A stretch of 64,000 nt of DNA from Podospora anserina (Eukaryota): the NCBI GenBank assembly GCA_017654855.1, contig CM030336.1, forward strand, positions 1,674,001-1,738,000, written 5' to 3'. Each line of letters starts with the position of its first letter. Positions within the stretch are counted from its first letter, which is position 1. Positions 12,880 to 26,174 of the stretch are shown piece after piece. The notes under the pieces are model-generated. The model was not told where the DNA came from and ran no database searches. It saw only the letters and a program-made list of their open reading frames with translations. The translations under genes were made by a program, and so were the position numbers.

Positions 12880-13699
12880 GGTCACTTCCAGGTCCTTTAC
12901 CGTTTATTAACAAAGCAGACAATACAAGTATGTATGCATTTGTATGATGGGGACTATCGCTTTCTTGATCGCAACCCTTTTCATTATTTGGCTCGAACTG
13001 CAGGCCAAGTGATTGACAAGGCTGTTCTTATCAGCATCACCAGTGCACGAGGTGCTCTTGCAGGCGGCCATCATGCAGAGCGAGTTACACAAAGGTCTCG
13101 GCAGGTTGCGACACTGACAGCTCAGGTACACCATGCACTGATGATAGCTGCCGAGAACAAAAGGCTCACTTGAAAGGCATCAGTCAGTACAACATCGATA
13201 TGAATATTGGCATCGATCAAATCCATTCTGGCAATGATCAACATTTTTTTGCCACCAAGACTTTCGTCTAGACCCGACCGGACTCTTGGGTCTTCCAAAA
13301 GTGCCGCAGCTGACATCTGCCATCCCACCATCTTTCGACATGACGCTAGCGAAAGGCTTTCAGCCTCACCCTTGGGCAACTGCACTTCTTATTCGCCAAG
13401 GCCCTGGTTCACCACAGTTGGGGATCCCTTTTTCAGAATTCTTTGGATTCGAGACGGGCCTGAGGGCAAGCCACGCATGATGGAATCGTGTGGTTGTGGT
13501 GGGAGAAGCTGGGTGATGGGAGCCACATTGGTACGGTAGTGATGGGGCTGGGGATATGGGATGCTGTGAGTTGTCGGACTTGGAGGATAGGAACTTGAAA
13601 GAGGTTATAAGGTGATGGTCGACGTTGTTGCCCCGTGCAGGAGGATTTGCCTTCTGGCGCATGCCCGATCGTTAATGGGTAAGCCTTCGGGTGGGAGAG

Positions 13700-15833
13700 A
13701 TGCGCTTTCAACATCAAGTTGTGCCGCTGGTCGTGACGGCAGCGGGCTGGCTGGGTCGGGTTGAAGGGTCACCTATTGGAAGTCAAAATGGAATTGCGAC
13801 GGTAGCGCGACCAGAAACGAGTCCAGTCGGTTACGGAATACTTCGATATGCCTCACCGGACCTTCGACGAAGCTTGCTAGGGGATGAGGGAGGCGTGCCA
13901 GGTGGGCTTAGCAAGAGACAGTGTGCTGGTCAGCTTATTTGCACCGCATGGATCAACGTCTGCTGCCCGCTTGGAACGACATGCTGCAGCGCGACGACTT
14001 GCTGTCTGGCTGGGTATGGTTGCTATAGTGGGTATTGTCTCAAGGATACGGTGTAAGTTCGAGGCTCATATCTTTCTCCCGACGGGCAGTACTAGGTGAC
14101 GGTGCTGACAGAGTATTGTTAACTGAAAAAGATACACATTGACAGTCACCAGGACTGTGTGGACTACCAGATACTCAACTTACACCGACTACGAAACATC
14201 CTATTCCACCTATGTGAGCCTCAAATACGATTACACCACAGTCACAGTTCGATCGAAGAACGGAGTGGCAACATCTACAGAATGGACGACGGTCACTCGA
14301 GAAGCAGTGAAACGACGACAACTGATAGCTCCAACAGCAACAAGCACGCATGACGTTGGCCACACTCCGTCACCGACCAAGCCACCAAGATTGGAAGACC
14401 TTGGCGCTGAAACGATGGAGTCATCACCAAACCATCCTGGACTTGTCAGACGCGTTCTCGAACGAGCCGGCGTGGTAGAAAAGAGGGCCTCAACGGCGTG
14501 GATAACGGTGTGGCCAACCTGGACGACAACATTCTGGTATTATCGCACGTCCTGGTACTACAGCTATGTGACCAGTGTCAGATACAGCACCATCACCAGC
14601 ACGCAGATCATCTTTGATGGGGCTAGCTCCACAACGACGGTTCGGTCCACCACGACAGTCTTCACCCAAAAGCCACCGCCAGCTCAGACACCACCTCCCA
14701 ACAACCCCCCCGCGGCAGATCCCCCTCCGGCAAATAACACCCCCGCCCCCCCGCCAGCCGACGAACCCGCGCCTACCAAACCCCCCGAGACAGTCACCTT
14801 GACTCAATCCCTGCCCGACAATGGAGGTGCCGGCGGCGGCGGCGGTGGTGGTGATACGAACAACACCCCCCCGCCAGCACCAGACACAACACCCGTCTCA
14901 GTAACAGTCTTCGTCACACCATCAGACATCGTCCTCCCCACTGACTCGTCCGCCACCCTCAACCTCAAAACCTCCACCTCGGCAGGAACAGTCTTTATTA
15001 TCGCCACAACCGAAACCCCGTCCCCGGCTCCACCTGCCAGCGGTACGCTGCCTCAAGGAACGGTGATAGGGATAGGCGTTGGCTCAGCCTTAGGGGGTAT
15101 CGCCCTCATTGCCACGTTGGTGTTCTTCTTCCTCCGCTACCGAAGAAAGAACCCCCCTCCCTCGACCGATGACTCGACCGTGGGCCGCAACTCCCAAACG
15201 GCGGCCATTTCTGGCGGTGGAGCGGGTGGGGGAGCTGGTGGGGGAGCACACGACAGCGCGTTATACGGCATTTTCGGAAGAAAAGAAATTGATTCCAGGT
15301 CTCCAAGCGTGACCGTCAGTTCGCCCGTCGCCGGTTCACCCTCCCCCGGGAACCTCACCGGGGCCGGGACGGTCAGTTCCATGTCGCCTCCACCACCGGA
15401 GCGACAGCAAAGAGGGGGGAGTTATGTCTCTGAACTTGAACAACATGCGGGACGGAGGACACCCGGGATGGGGGAGCTGCATGAGACGACGAGGGGGTCG
15501 GAACTTTATGATACGGGGTATGGTGGCTATGGATGGAAGCCGCCGCAGGAGTTGTCTGCGAGGAGGTTCTCGCCTGGACTGCAGGAGATGCCTGAGGAGC
15601 CTGGGCATTATGCGGGCATGGGGCAGGATAGGCCTGTGCCGTATAGGCAGTATGATGGGGCTGCTGTGCCGGATTTGAGTGTTGGGTCGACGCCGCAGAT
15701 GAGGGGGGTGAGGGGGGAGGATCCGTATGGGTTGGGGGATGTGCCTTATCCGAGCGCAGAGTTGTTGGCTAGGGGGTACGGGGCTGGGCCTGGGGGTGGG
15801 CAGGGGCAGGGGCGGGGTTGGGAGGGAGGGTGA
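13700..15833 (+). CDS. Type I membrane, mucin-like cell-surface protein (signal peptide, Cys-rich module, Thr/Pro-rich stalk, one TM, cytoplasmic tail); intron 14053-14131
   Basis: MRFQHQVVPLVVTAAG signal; QCAGQLICTAWINVCCPLGTTCCSATTCCLAGYGCYSGYC; TM GIGVGSALGGIALIATLVFFFL followed by RYRRK; the phase-2 intron joins ORFs 13691 and 14139. Confidence 0.75.
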
Positions 15834-16461
15834 TGGGATGGAGTAGGGGGTTTTGGATTAATTGTCAAAACTGAGGGTTTGTGGTTCTGTAATGTATGTG
15901 GTCAGGGGCTGGAATAGGGGGTGGGATTTAGCTTGGCAACCAAAGGGTGGAGAGGGCTGGCGTGGCATCTTATCCTGGGATTTTATTCAATGCTCATCTT
16001 ATCTTAAAGATCTTATCCTGAGGTTTTTATTCGATGCTGATCTTATCATAAAGATCTCATCATACCTGGCGCTGTTCTCGATACGGGTGGCTTCTCAATC
16101 CACGTGCACAACGTGATGCCCTGTCTGCACCCACGTCTGTGTATTTGTAGCTCCGTTTGGTCTGCTATAGTGCGGTAGCATGGCCTTTGGGTGAGACAGT
16201 AAACGAATTGGCACATCTGCAAATAGCCCTGATTGCGTGTGCATCTTTCCGTGTGCAAAACGTTCAGGAACCCTCTTTACAGCCTGGAAGTGAGGGAAGT
16301 GTAGAACTTGGGTGGTCACGTGAGTTCGTGTTAACCTCCTGTCGTGGACAAAGACCGCATGCGGACCTTTTGAGTGCTCTGCTTGGCCGGCGCGGGGTAA
16401 ATTCAATTGAATCTCTATTTTCTTTGTTTGTTGTTTTCGCGTCGTGCTCCGATGGTTTTAA

Positions 16462-17425
16462 ATGAAACATCGAGCCCATGGTTCGGCGCCCGTCGACCGG
16501 TACCATGCCGGCAAACGCCCATCGCCGAATATATTTTGAGGGCCTTTTAAGGTTCTTGTAGATTCAATCTTGGAAGCTTTCTCCACTTCCCCAAACTTTC
16601 CCCTGGCATCCGGGACGGCATTAAACGTTGCCATCATCACCAGGCAGAGGCGGGAAGACCAGCCAAACGGAGACATATCTCCACGCCAGCCTTTCCGTAT
16701 CAGCAGGTAAGTTGATGGGTTTTTTTTTGAGAGTTGCTTGGATCAAAGCTAATATTGGTTCGTGTAGGTCGCGCCAGGCTTCCACATGTATGAATGCGGG
16801 GATTGCTATCGCCGCTTCCCCAGCGGCTGGCGCGCCCGTGACCAGCACTGGGAGGCCACCGGCCACAGCATTCCCGATTTTGAGTGCTTCACTTGCGACG
16901 AGTACTTCAACGACAACTGGGACCGCTCTGAGCACATGTGGGACTACCGCCATCTTCCCGACGAATACTACGAATGCGAGAAATGCATCGAGGTTTTTGA
17001 GACCCAGTCCGAGGCCACCAGACATGAGGTTGAGCGCCATCACTATTGCAACGTCTGCCATCGCACCTTCGACAATCTCAACAGATCCACCCAGCGACTC
17101 GCCTCTGATCTCGGACTGCCAGCGCCTGGCGAACAATCTTTCTGGGAATGGCACCTTCAAGTACAGCAGCTTTGGCAGGCACAAGACGCTTGCTCAGTAT
17201 GGATCTTGGTAAGTCTTTACGGTGTTTCAAGGTATGAGGATGGATAGGTACGGGTTGACTGACTGGCATGTTGGAATAAACAGCGCGTTGGGCGTTGAGG
17301 CAGATGAGTACTGGATTAATAGTATTACGCATATTGGTGATCAGGATATTGTGGAGCCGGAATACGGGAGTGGATGTGTATTACTGGGCGTTGCTGGACT
17401 CGGGAACCTAAATAGAATAATATAA
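16462..17425 (+). pseudogene. Mosaic of gene fragments: degenerate 2EXR-like N-terminus, C2H2 zinc fingers, out-of-frame Ecp2-like fragment
   Basis: FLHFPKLSPGIRDGI (2EXR-like); YECGDC...HWEATGH, FECFTC...HMWDYRH, YECEKC...HEVERH, truncated YCNVCHRTF; a different frame gives SPLISDCQRLANNL...HKTLAQYGSC|ALGVE...HIGDQDIV (Ecp2-like). GT-AG introns near 16500-16561, 16707-16768 and 17209-17283. Confidence 0.55.
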
Positions 17426-18231
17426 TATTGAAGGTTATAGGTCGACGGTCCACGGTCCCGAGAGTTATATATACGGAGGAACTAAATAGCTTGAAGATAG
17501 TTCCGCAGCATGCAATTACAAGTCACATTCGTTGGTATCAAGACTATTGTGATTGAGACAGTTTAGCTGCACCGAACCAATTGCCTAGAAGCACCTTCAA
17601 CTGAGTATTCCTTTCAGAGGTTCTGGATCGGGGTTCGTCACAATGTTGTCCGAGTCATTAGCACGAGGCTATCCCCATTTGGTCCATGGGGAGAAGGGAA
17701 CTTCAACGACAAGCGCCAACCCTAACCCTTGTGATGGATTCTGTGTTGTTTGTTTACCTTGGTCTCCTTTAGGCACTCATCTATCGTCCCATGTGTCTGG
17801 TTCTCGGGTTTCAAGAGCCGGAAATACCTGTACAACCCAGGTACAAAGGGTCCGTCAGCTCTTCACCCAAACAAAGTACCCCTCCCTCTCTCGATCGAGG
17901 CCTTCTTCCCCGCACCAACCTCCAACGGCCCCCTCACCTGAGGGCCAGTACCTATGCGATTCAAGCTAACGCAACGGCAATAAATCAACAGCCCGGGTAT
18001 CACAGCTGACCTGCATGGTCCCGCATTTGTACACGATGCCGAGTCCCAAGAAGGCGTGGTCACCGATTTGCTCCCTGCATGCTGGACGCCATGTACGTAA
18101 GTGAGGTGCAGGACATTGTAGATGGTCGATGTGACGGTGGGGTAAGCGAGCATAAGAACGACTTACCTCCCCTACGATGAACCTCTACCGAGAAGAACAC
18201 CCCTCAACTTTGAACACGCCAGGCCCTCACC

Positions 18232-19671
18232 ATGACTGACGACAACCCCCGCCCCTTCAAGAAAGTACATCACCCTCCCCAACACCCTCATCCCGTAACC
18301 ATGGGTCTGACAGCCCTCCCAAGGTCCTCATAGTAGGCGCCGGCCCCTCAGGCCTCCTCCTCGCCCTCCTCCTAGCAAAGCACTCCATCCCCGTCAAAGT
18401 CCTCGAATCCGCCTCCCAGCTCGACCAGCAACCCCGCGCAGCCCACTACGGCACCCCCGCCATCCCCGAGTTCATCCGTGCCGGCATCATCGACCAGCTC
18501 CGCGCCAACGGCCTCATCCTCTCGACCATGTGCTGGCGCGATCCTGACAGCCACAAGATCATTGCCGGGTTTGACGCCTCCAAAGTCCTCAGTGATGTCG
18601 ACGGCCAAGACCTGAGAACACACTGCTATGTCCTGCAGGATTTGGACGAGCTGATGCTGAAGGAGGTGAGGAAGTACGGTGGGGAGGTGGAGTTTGATGC
18701 CGAGGTTGTCGGGGTTGGTCAGGATGAGGATGGCGAGGTGGGGGGGAGGGCGTGGGTGGAGGTGAAGAGGAAGGGAGGGGAGGTGGAGAGGGAGGAGGCG
18801 GATTATGTGGTTGGTTGTGATGGGGCAAATAGTATTGTCAGGAGGAGCTTGTTCGGGGATCAGTTTCCTGGGTTTACTTGGGACGCGCAGATTATTGCTA
18901 CTAATGTTTGTTTACTTTTCTCATTGTTGTTGTTTTGGGCGTGGCTGGGGCTGACATGGAAACAACAGACGTTTTACGACTTTGAGGGAAAGTTTGGGTG
19001 GCATGATGCGAATTTCATCGTTCACCCGGAGAACTTCTTTGTAAGCGCCCCTTTGCTGGCAAGGAAAAAGGATCAGGATAGGTGCTAACAACTGCAAGAT
19101 GGCCGCCCGCATCACAAAAGACAACATGTACCGCATCACCTACGGCGAAACACCCGGCCTGACCCGAGAAGAGTACATCGCCCGTCAACCCATGAAATTC
19201 CAACAGATGCTCCCCGGCCACCCCAAGCCAGACGAGTACAAGATTGTCAATATTTCACCTTACAAGATGCACCAACGATGTGCCCCCAAATTCCGAGTTG
19301 GTCGCATCCTCCTAGCAGCAGACGCAGCCCATCTGTGTAACCCATGGGGAGGGCTGGGCATAACAGGTGGCTTTGTCGATGTTGGTGGCCTGTTTGACTG
19401 TCTTGTGGGGATATGGGAAAACAAGGCCGGTGAGGATATTCTGGAGCTGTACTCTGAGAAGAGGATTGAGAAGTGGCAGACTGTTATCAACCCCATTTCA
19501 CAAGAGAACTTCAGGCGAGTGTCTGATAAGGATCCGAGGACGAGATTTGAGAGGGACGAGTTTATGCAGCTGTTGAAGAAGGGGGAGACGGATGATGTTT
19601 TGTTGAAGGATTTGCTTCTCGGATTCATGGAGGTCAGGTACGACTTTACGCAGCATTATAAGGTCAGGTGA
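18232..19671 (+). CDS. FAD-dependent monooxygenase (FAD_binding_3 / PheA-like); introns 18265-18323, 18906-18968, 19041-19098
   Basis: VLIVGAGPSGLLLA, GCDGANSIVR, LAADAAHLCNPWGGLG; splice sites keep frame. Confidence 0.88.
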
Positions 19672-20747
19672 TGCTTGCGGGTAGGACTGGGTCATGAGCC
19701 ACCCTGGATGGAAGGATGCAAAGGAGGCAGGATAAGGTAGCCTTGAAAGCTTCAGTGTGATAAGGAACCTATACGGACTGTAGCTTAGTTCCACATCTTG
19801 CCCCTTCGGAAAAGCAAGGTGCACAAACACCTTGCATGAAGTCTCCGGCCGTGGTGGAGAAGGGAATTTGAGCCGCTCCAATGGAGCGTTGACCAACGAA
19901 TACTACCGTAGTTGACATCAACGCATTGCGGATCCACTGGTAGTGACTTGGGTGCCGAGGTGATATAGAGGCTCTGATAACTCCCGCAAGGTGCCGGAGA
20001 GTAGATCAAAGACGCGCGTCCGTCCAGGAATTGTTCTCCACAAAGCTTTCTGAGGACTCCTCCTCACCCAGCGTCAGCGGCAATCCCCTGGCAAAGTACA
20101 ACATGGTGTCGTCTTGGATTCGTCCAAAGGCACCTGACGAAGGTGACTGCCTCATTCTCGTTTATATCCTTATATCCGGTGCCTGGCTTCCCAGGCGCAA
20201 CATCAGTGTGTAAAGATATGAAGACTCAAAAGAGTAGGAAGGAGAGTCTGGGTAGGTTTAGGATAGGTCGGCATAATGTCACAAGGCGATGGTTGTGTTG
20301 ACGTAACAGCATGTTGTATTGGCAGGATCACTAGTATCAAAGGCGAGAGCCGCTTGTGGTGGGGCGTAAGCAGTACTAAATGCGAGCGTGGCTACTCCGA
20401 CTGGCGAGCAGGCAGCTATCTGTTTGTGATGTAACCGACTGGCTCTAGATCTCTAGAAGGATTCGAATACTCCATAACACTAAGTTCATTCAGCGAGCGC
20501 TGTCAGGCTGTCCGTAAACCAACGTTGAATCAGGCTAGTATGCAAATACAAGGCTAAGGAAGTCCGATGTGTAGTCCGAGATGGTCGCTCCAGCCTTGTT
20601 GGCTCTGAAAGATATGTCTAGGGAGGTAGGTATAAAGTCTCTTCTTCTGCTCCTTTTCAGACTGGATATCTCACCACCAAGCTCTCACAGACCAGCTCTT
20701 TACTAGGACTTCAGCCATCTCAGCCTATTCCATTCCACTCGTCGAAC

Positions 20748-21394
20748 ATGCATTTCTCTCAGATCATCCAGTTCACCCTCGTCCTGGCCGGACTGGCCTG
20801 CGCCGCTCCTCAGTCCAACCCCCTCCTCGAGACCGTCATGCTCTCCAACGGCGAGACCACCGTGGCCGTCCAGGTCGAGGCGATGTCCCCTGCCAGCACC
20901 GGCCCCCATATCGGCGGCGAGATCCTCGCCCGCGGCCAGCTCGTCTCCCGCCAGGACTCGATCAACTGCAAGGGCAGCAGCTTGTGCAGCAACAGGCAAG
21001 GTTTCAAGGACAGCTGCACCACGGCCAAGAACAAGATCGAGGACACCACGTACGCGAGTGGTGGCACGTAAGTCCGCCTTTAGCCCTTTTCTTCCTTTTA
21101 TTCCTCCTCCCAATGGCTGGTACCTAACACAGTCGGCACAAACAGTAAAAGCGGCACGTGCAGCGGAAACTGCGGCATCTTTGTTCAGGGCAAGGATTGC
21201 ATCGCGACCGGAGCTGTTATGAGGAGCGCCTACAACGCGATCCGCAACAACGGATGCCAGGCTTGCGGGTCAGCCCACTGTAAGTCACAATGTCAATCCC
21301 GACAGTTTCAAACGCGCTTTGGTTCCTAACACGACGGTGTTGCACAGGGAACAATGGTTGCTACATCACCATCAACTATATCACCGGTTGCTGA
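20748..21394 (+). CDS. Small secreted Cys-rich KP4-like (killer toxin family) protein; introns 21068-21145, 21280-21347
   Basis: Signal peptide plus propeptide; predicted mature part QDSINCKGSSLCSN...SGTCSGNCGIFVQGKDC...IRNNGCQACGSAHWNNGCYITINYITGC fits the KP4-type INCxGS..C / GCxxCGS / GCx(L/I)TxNY pattern; TATA-like tataaa at 20631. Confidence 0.75.
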
Positions 21395-21856
21395 TCGGCC
21401 CTCTTCCAGCCTGACACCGGACAGGTTCTTTCGTGATGGCCGTGACCTTGACAGAATCAAGAAAGCACGCTAACGTTTGCTGAGAGCTGTGATGAATATG
21501 GGATTCCGTTGTGAATCAGAGATCGGGTAAAGGGATGATGAGGAACGAAGAATGCGGGGGTTGAGAAATAGAAAAAGAGATTGCGTGGGCAGGTACATAG
21601 TCTAGACCCGTTCGTAAATATACATCATATATCTCTGGCTTTCTTATAGCACCTATCTGGTAAACCAGGTGCCTAGCTAATGTGTAAGAGTGGGATGGGC
21701 TTGCTCCTCGGGCTACCTATCTCTAGATAGACAGGTGAGCTCAAGGTACTGGTGTGTCAGGAAAAAGCATTGTTTGGCATTAACTAGAACTAAAGTAAGG
21801 AAAGGAACAACAGGATCAGTTTGTCGGAAAAGAAAAAGCACAGCCGTTTTTTGTCA

Positions 21857-24800
21857 TCATTCGTCATCCTCGTCCTCATCGCTTCCAGCTTTCTTCCCTT
21901 TCTTGTTTTTGTTGGAGCCGCCTTTCCTCCCCTCGCTCTTCATCCCCTTTGTATCTTTGCACTTTTTGCCAGTCTTGCTGCCCTCGCCACCCTTTTTCTT
22001 CACTTTCCTCTTGTCCTGCTCATCCGGCTCCTCTTCATCGCTGTCCTCCTCAGTCTCTGTCTGATCCTTACTTTCGGTTTCCTCAGAGTCATCGGCCTCA
22101 CTCTCGTCAGAATCGAAGTAGTCCTTGTTCTTCTTTTTTATCTTTCTCATGAAGCTGTCCTCTCCGGCCTGTTCCCGCTTCGTCAAACCCCCTTGTTGCT
22201 TTAAGGTATGCGTTGAATTCAATTGTCACATTTGGCACGATTTCGAAGCAACGCTTGGTCAACACTGGCCTTGTGTGACAAGGGCTGCAATATCAGGGCT
22301 TGGAACTCATGGTTCAATTCAGACTAATAATCTTCAATGGCCTCGAAGTCTGTGATACTGAAAGTGAAGAAGGAAATACAGTCTTGATGATCCTGAACGC
22401 GTATTTTATCTTCCCTCGCGTGGCCCGTGCCCTTGTTGGCCTCAGGCCATCGCCAAGTCCTCCAATATCCTTCTGGGCCAGTGGGCTTTCTTTGATAACC
22501 GCCTTGCCTCTGATTGTCTGCCTCACTCTTGACGAGAGGCTCACGACGTGCAGCTTCCCCTCCTTAAGGTGATATTTGGCGTTGTTGTTGGTCATGGTTG
22601 TTGGTGGTTGGTGGTCGGCATTTGCCGTGTGACACCTTGGATCCTGGCCATCGCTGGTTTGTTTGCGCTTGGCTTTGAACTCAGCGAGTGCCATGACAGT
22701 CTGGAAAGAATTCCTGATCTGGCGCCCGTTCCAGCGGAGCGTCTTCCATTGCTCGTTAGCTCATTCGACTATTCTGTCTTGCTGATCCTTGTACTCAAAC
22801 GGCGGGAGGTTGTGCTCCTGACGGCCCTCGTTGATCTTCTCAAGGCGTTCGAAGTTGTGCCTGAAGATTTCGATGGTCTGGTCGCTTCTGGGAGTCGGAT
22901 GGCAGAGTGTCAGATGAAGCCAAGAACGAAAGGCGTCATCAATCGCTCCGACCGGGTTAGTGGCGAGAAAACGAATCCCAGAGTAGCACTCGAGGATTCG
23001 CAGAAAAGACAGAGACTAGGCCGTTACTGTTGGACATCTCGTTGCTGCTTTTTTTTTGTTGCGAGTCGCCTTTTCAGCTACCAAGGGCTAGGGCAAAACT
23101 CACCTCCCGTCTGGCAAGAAACACGTCCGCTTCCATCAAGGAGAAGGACACAACCCCATTTGTGGGCAAGCCTGAAGTGGTCCTCCATGTTCCTCTCAAC
23201 ATCCTCAGGATTGTATCCAGTGTCGCCTGTCGCTAGTCAGAATCAGATATGAATTTGGCATTTTGGACACATATCGCATGTGATGGGATAGAGCGGCTTC
23301 TTTGTGTGAGCAGCAACGCACTCTAGCTCTAGCGTTAGGTCCTCGATCCACAAACGTTGAGATGAAAGGAGAGTGTTTTGCCTACCAGCCGTGGATGTTT
23401 TTCCAACCCCAAGGACACCGTGTAGAAGAAGTATGATGCAGCCTTTGCCTGGAAGGCAACGTTATGTGTAAGCTTTCACAATGTTTCAAGACGGATTGAA
23501 AGCCATTAACCGGTGTACGCCTTTTCCACTCATCTTTTCCAGGCACCGCGTCCATTTCCGGTGGCCGGATGACCATCTGGCTTGTCAGTCGCATGTGTTT
23601 CAACCATGGCCTGCACCACTTTCCGATGGCCTGGGGGTAGAACAAGGTCATTCCAGCCGTAGTTGTGCTCAACCTGGCGTAGCTTCGATAGCTCTAGTAA
23701 AGCTGCAAGGGAAAAGGTTTTAGTGAGCACACCCATATTCTCCTCAACAAACGAAACGGCATAGGTAAGTGGGAAACACATACCCTACCCCATTTTCGAT
23801 TTCGTAGAGAAAAGCCAGGCACCGTCCCGGGTAGCAAATGGAGCATTTTTGGTCTCAAATGGTCATTCACGAAGCTGTTTTGAGACTCGGCCAGCAAACT
23901 CCCGAGTCCCCTTCTTATAGTTGGGTCCCGCCTCACGGCTATTGCCATGGTGTATGGACCGAAGGAATACCCCTCGTTGACGTGTGCGCGACACCACCTA
24001 TTGCCGCAACTTGGCGCGCCGGTAATGCAAGCTTCGTCCGGGTCTGTCATGCTGTACCTCGCCATTTCCCTAGACTCTGTTGGCTTCGTAAATATTGGTA
24101 GCTGCATGCCTGTTCTTTCCTAAGACTGTTTGTCCTCGACGAAGGCCATCCACATATCGATAATAACAGGGCTATCGATCTGTGGAAGAATGCGTAATCA
24201 GATGTTAGAATTATAATGTTTGATAAGACGAGAAGTCTCAAAGAGCCACAAAGATGGGATACCTATCTTACCTCGTCGCGGCTTGGTCCCACCGTAAGGC
24301 CCTGGTGCTGCATGTGTGATACACTTGTAGCATCGACGAACCTCTCGCCCCGAATATCAAGCTTCTTCTTGTCGAAATAACTCATGGGATAAGCCTCCAG
24401 GCTGCGGATGTCCATTTCGCCTTCGAATGGTTTGAATACGAACAAATCATCAACACAGCCATACTCATGGCCATTGAAATCCAAATGAGAGCAATGAACA
24501 ACCAAGTCCGTCATAACCCCTCGGACTTTCAACAACGGTCTGGTTCCTGCAGGTCGTTGCGAGGTCGATGATGTGGTAACATGATCCTGCTCTGTGAAAT
24601 CGGTGGGCTTCAAGGTACTGAAAAACACTACCAGGCTTAACGTGGACGTCGTCTTCGGGTACGGGCAAGGAGCTCTCGACAAAGGTGCCGGGCACCCATC
24701 GAATCGCACGTCGGTACGAGCCTCCCTGGCCAGATGTACGTTCCAGCTTTCTGCATCATCTTGTTCTTGTTCCGATAGGTCAAAGAAATGAACCGTCAGT

Positions 24801-25633
24801 TGTATATCTTGTGCCTTGCGCCGTTCTGGTACAGTGTGCGTTGTTTGAGATGGGCGTTCCAAAAGCCTCAGGCAAAATTCCAGATTACTTAAAGATTCCC
24901 CAACATCAATGGCGCTGATCGGTGGTGCGGGGGGGTAACGGCACGTGTTCTGGGTTGCGAAACCTGGCCCTGGATTCGCCGTCAGAGTCGTCCTCAGATT
25001 CATTACTCAGTTCGTCTAGGCTACCATCGTCAGACGGTTGGTGTGTAGGGTCCTGGCCATCCACAAGCACTCTGGAGCTGTTCTCCGTCGCTTCACAGGG
25101 GGGTATGTCTGCCTCGTCCCTGGAATCGCGTTGTTGTTCCTCGGTCTCAAGCGATCCAACCAACCTGTCGATCTCCGATTAAGGATCTAACATGCAACCA
25201 GGAGTTAGTGTGCACAGTTGATAAAGGGGGAACTGAGGTGATATCAACTTACCATGCTTGATGCTATTTAGAAGGTCATTGCAGGCTGAATACATCTGGT
25301 TTCCTCAACTATGAGGTTAGAGAAGTACACAGCAGGGATAACCGGCAGCTTCCATCTCAATTGGAGGAATAAAGACGGCTTGAATAACTGAAAAGAAAAG
25401 TCGAACCAGCGCTCAGTGCAAAGTGGTACGACAGAGGCAGCACCTTGGCACGACGTGGACAACGCACTGGCAGTGCTTCGTCGAGTACGACTCCAGGTCA
25501 AGGGAAGCCTGGGGGTTTGTTTAACATTTGGAATAAATGGTTGGTGGAAAAATATGGACGCGAGAGCTGTGTTCTTCAAATTTGAGTGTCGCGGTTGAGA
25601 CGAATCCAGAAACTGGACGACCTGGAAGCTCAT
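21857..25633 (-). pseudogene. Degenerate fungal AAA+ ATPase (DUF7025-associated type); 5' boundary uncertain
   Basis: Fragments PGTVPGFSLRNRKW, YGWNDLVLPPGHRKVVQAMV, Walker A GKGCIILLLHGVLGVGKTSTA (about 23387-23449), Walker B LLLD/EADVFL broken by a +1 G (about 23133), FLRILECYSGIRFLATNPVGAIDDAF; multiple stops and frameshifts; Lys/Asp-rich tail. Confidence 0.8.
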
Positions 25634-26174
25634 GTTCTCATAGATTCGGGCTCTTGCAGGGCATGAGCGCTCAAGTTCAACTCGAGCATGTCACATAAAG
25701 CTGCAGAGGAAGTGAGACCTTGTGGTATAGTGAGTTAGTTGGTAACGAGGCGGGAAATGCCTTCCCGCAAAGAACAGAAAGCAAACCTGTTTCAGGTTCT
25801 TGAAGCCAGCCGCCTCCCCCGCCCAAACAGAACACCAAATCTGCACCCTCGCGCATGTTGTCCTTGACCCCTTTGGTGCTTTCATCTCGGGAGGCTTCGC
25901 TGTGATATTGGCTGTGAGCAGATCCACCTCCAGCGAAAGCAACCTCTGCTAACGAGTGGGAAATTAGGCAGTTGAGAAACATGTCAAAGAAAGAGACACT
26001 ATCCAAAACTTTCTCGCCAATATTCCCGAGAGATTGAACAGCATCCAACGGCTTTCTGACATGTGTGCAGAGACCGAAAGCTTTCATGTTGAAATGAATG
26101 GCGTGCTGGTGTCCATCTTTGGGGTGTTGGAGAGTATTGTCGAGAAGCTGACAGATACATGGACCTGTAAGTGT

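Noticed and set aside
12934-13173. NPFHYLAR / HALMIAAEN ankyrin-like words
   Set aside because: Only two weak matches without proper spacing.
17950-18110. Intron-like signals and CTRCR..RR...PC resembling a Zn2Cys6 relic
   Set aside because: Too short and degenerate, with cysteines missing; cannot be supported.
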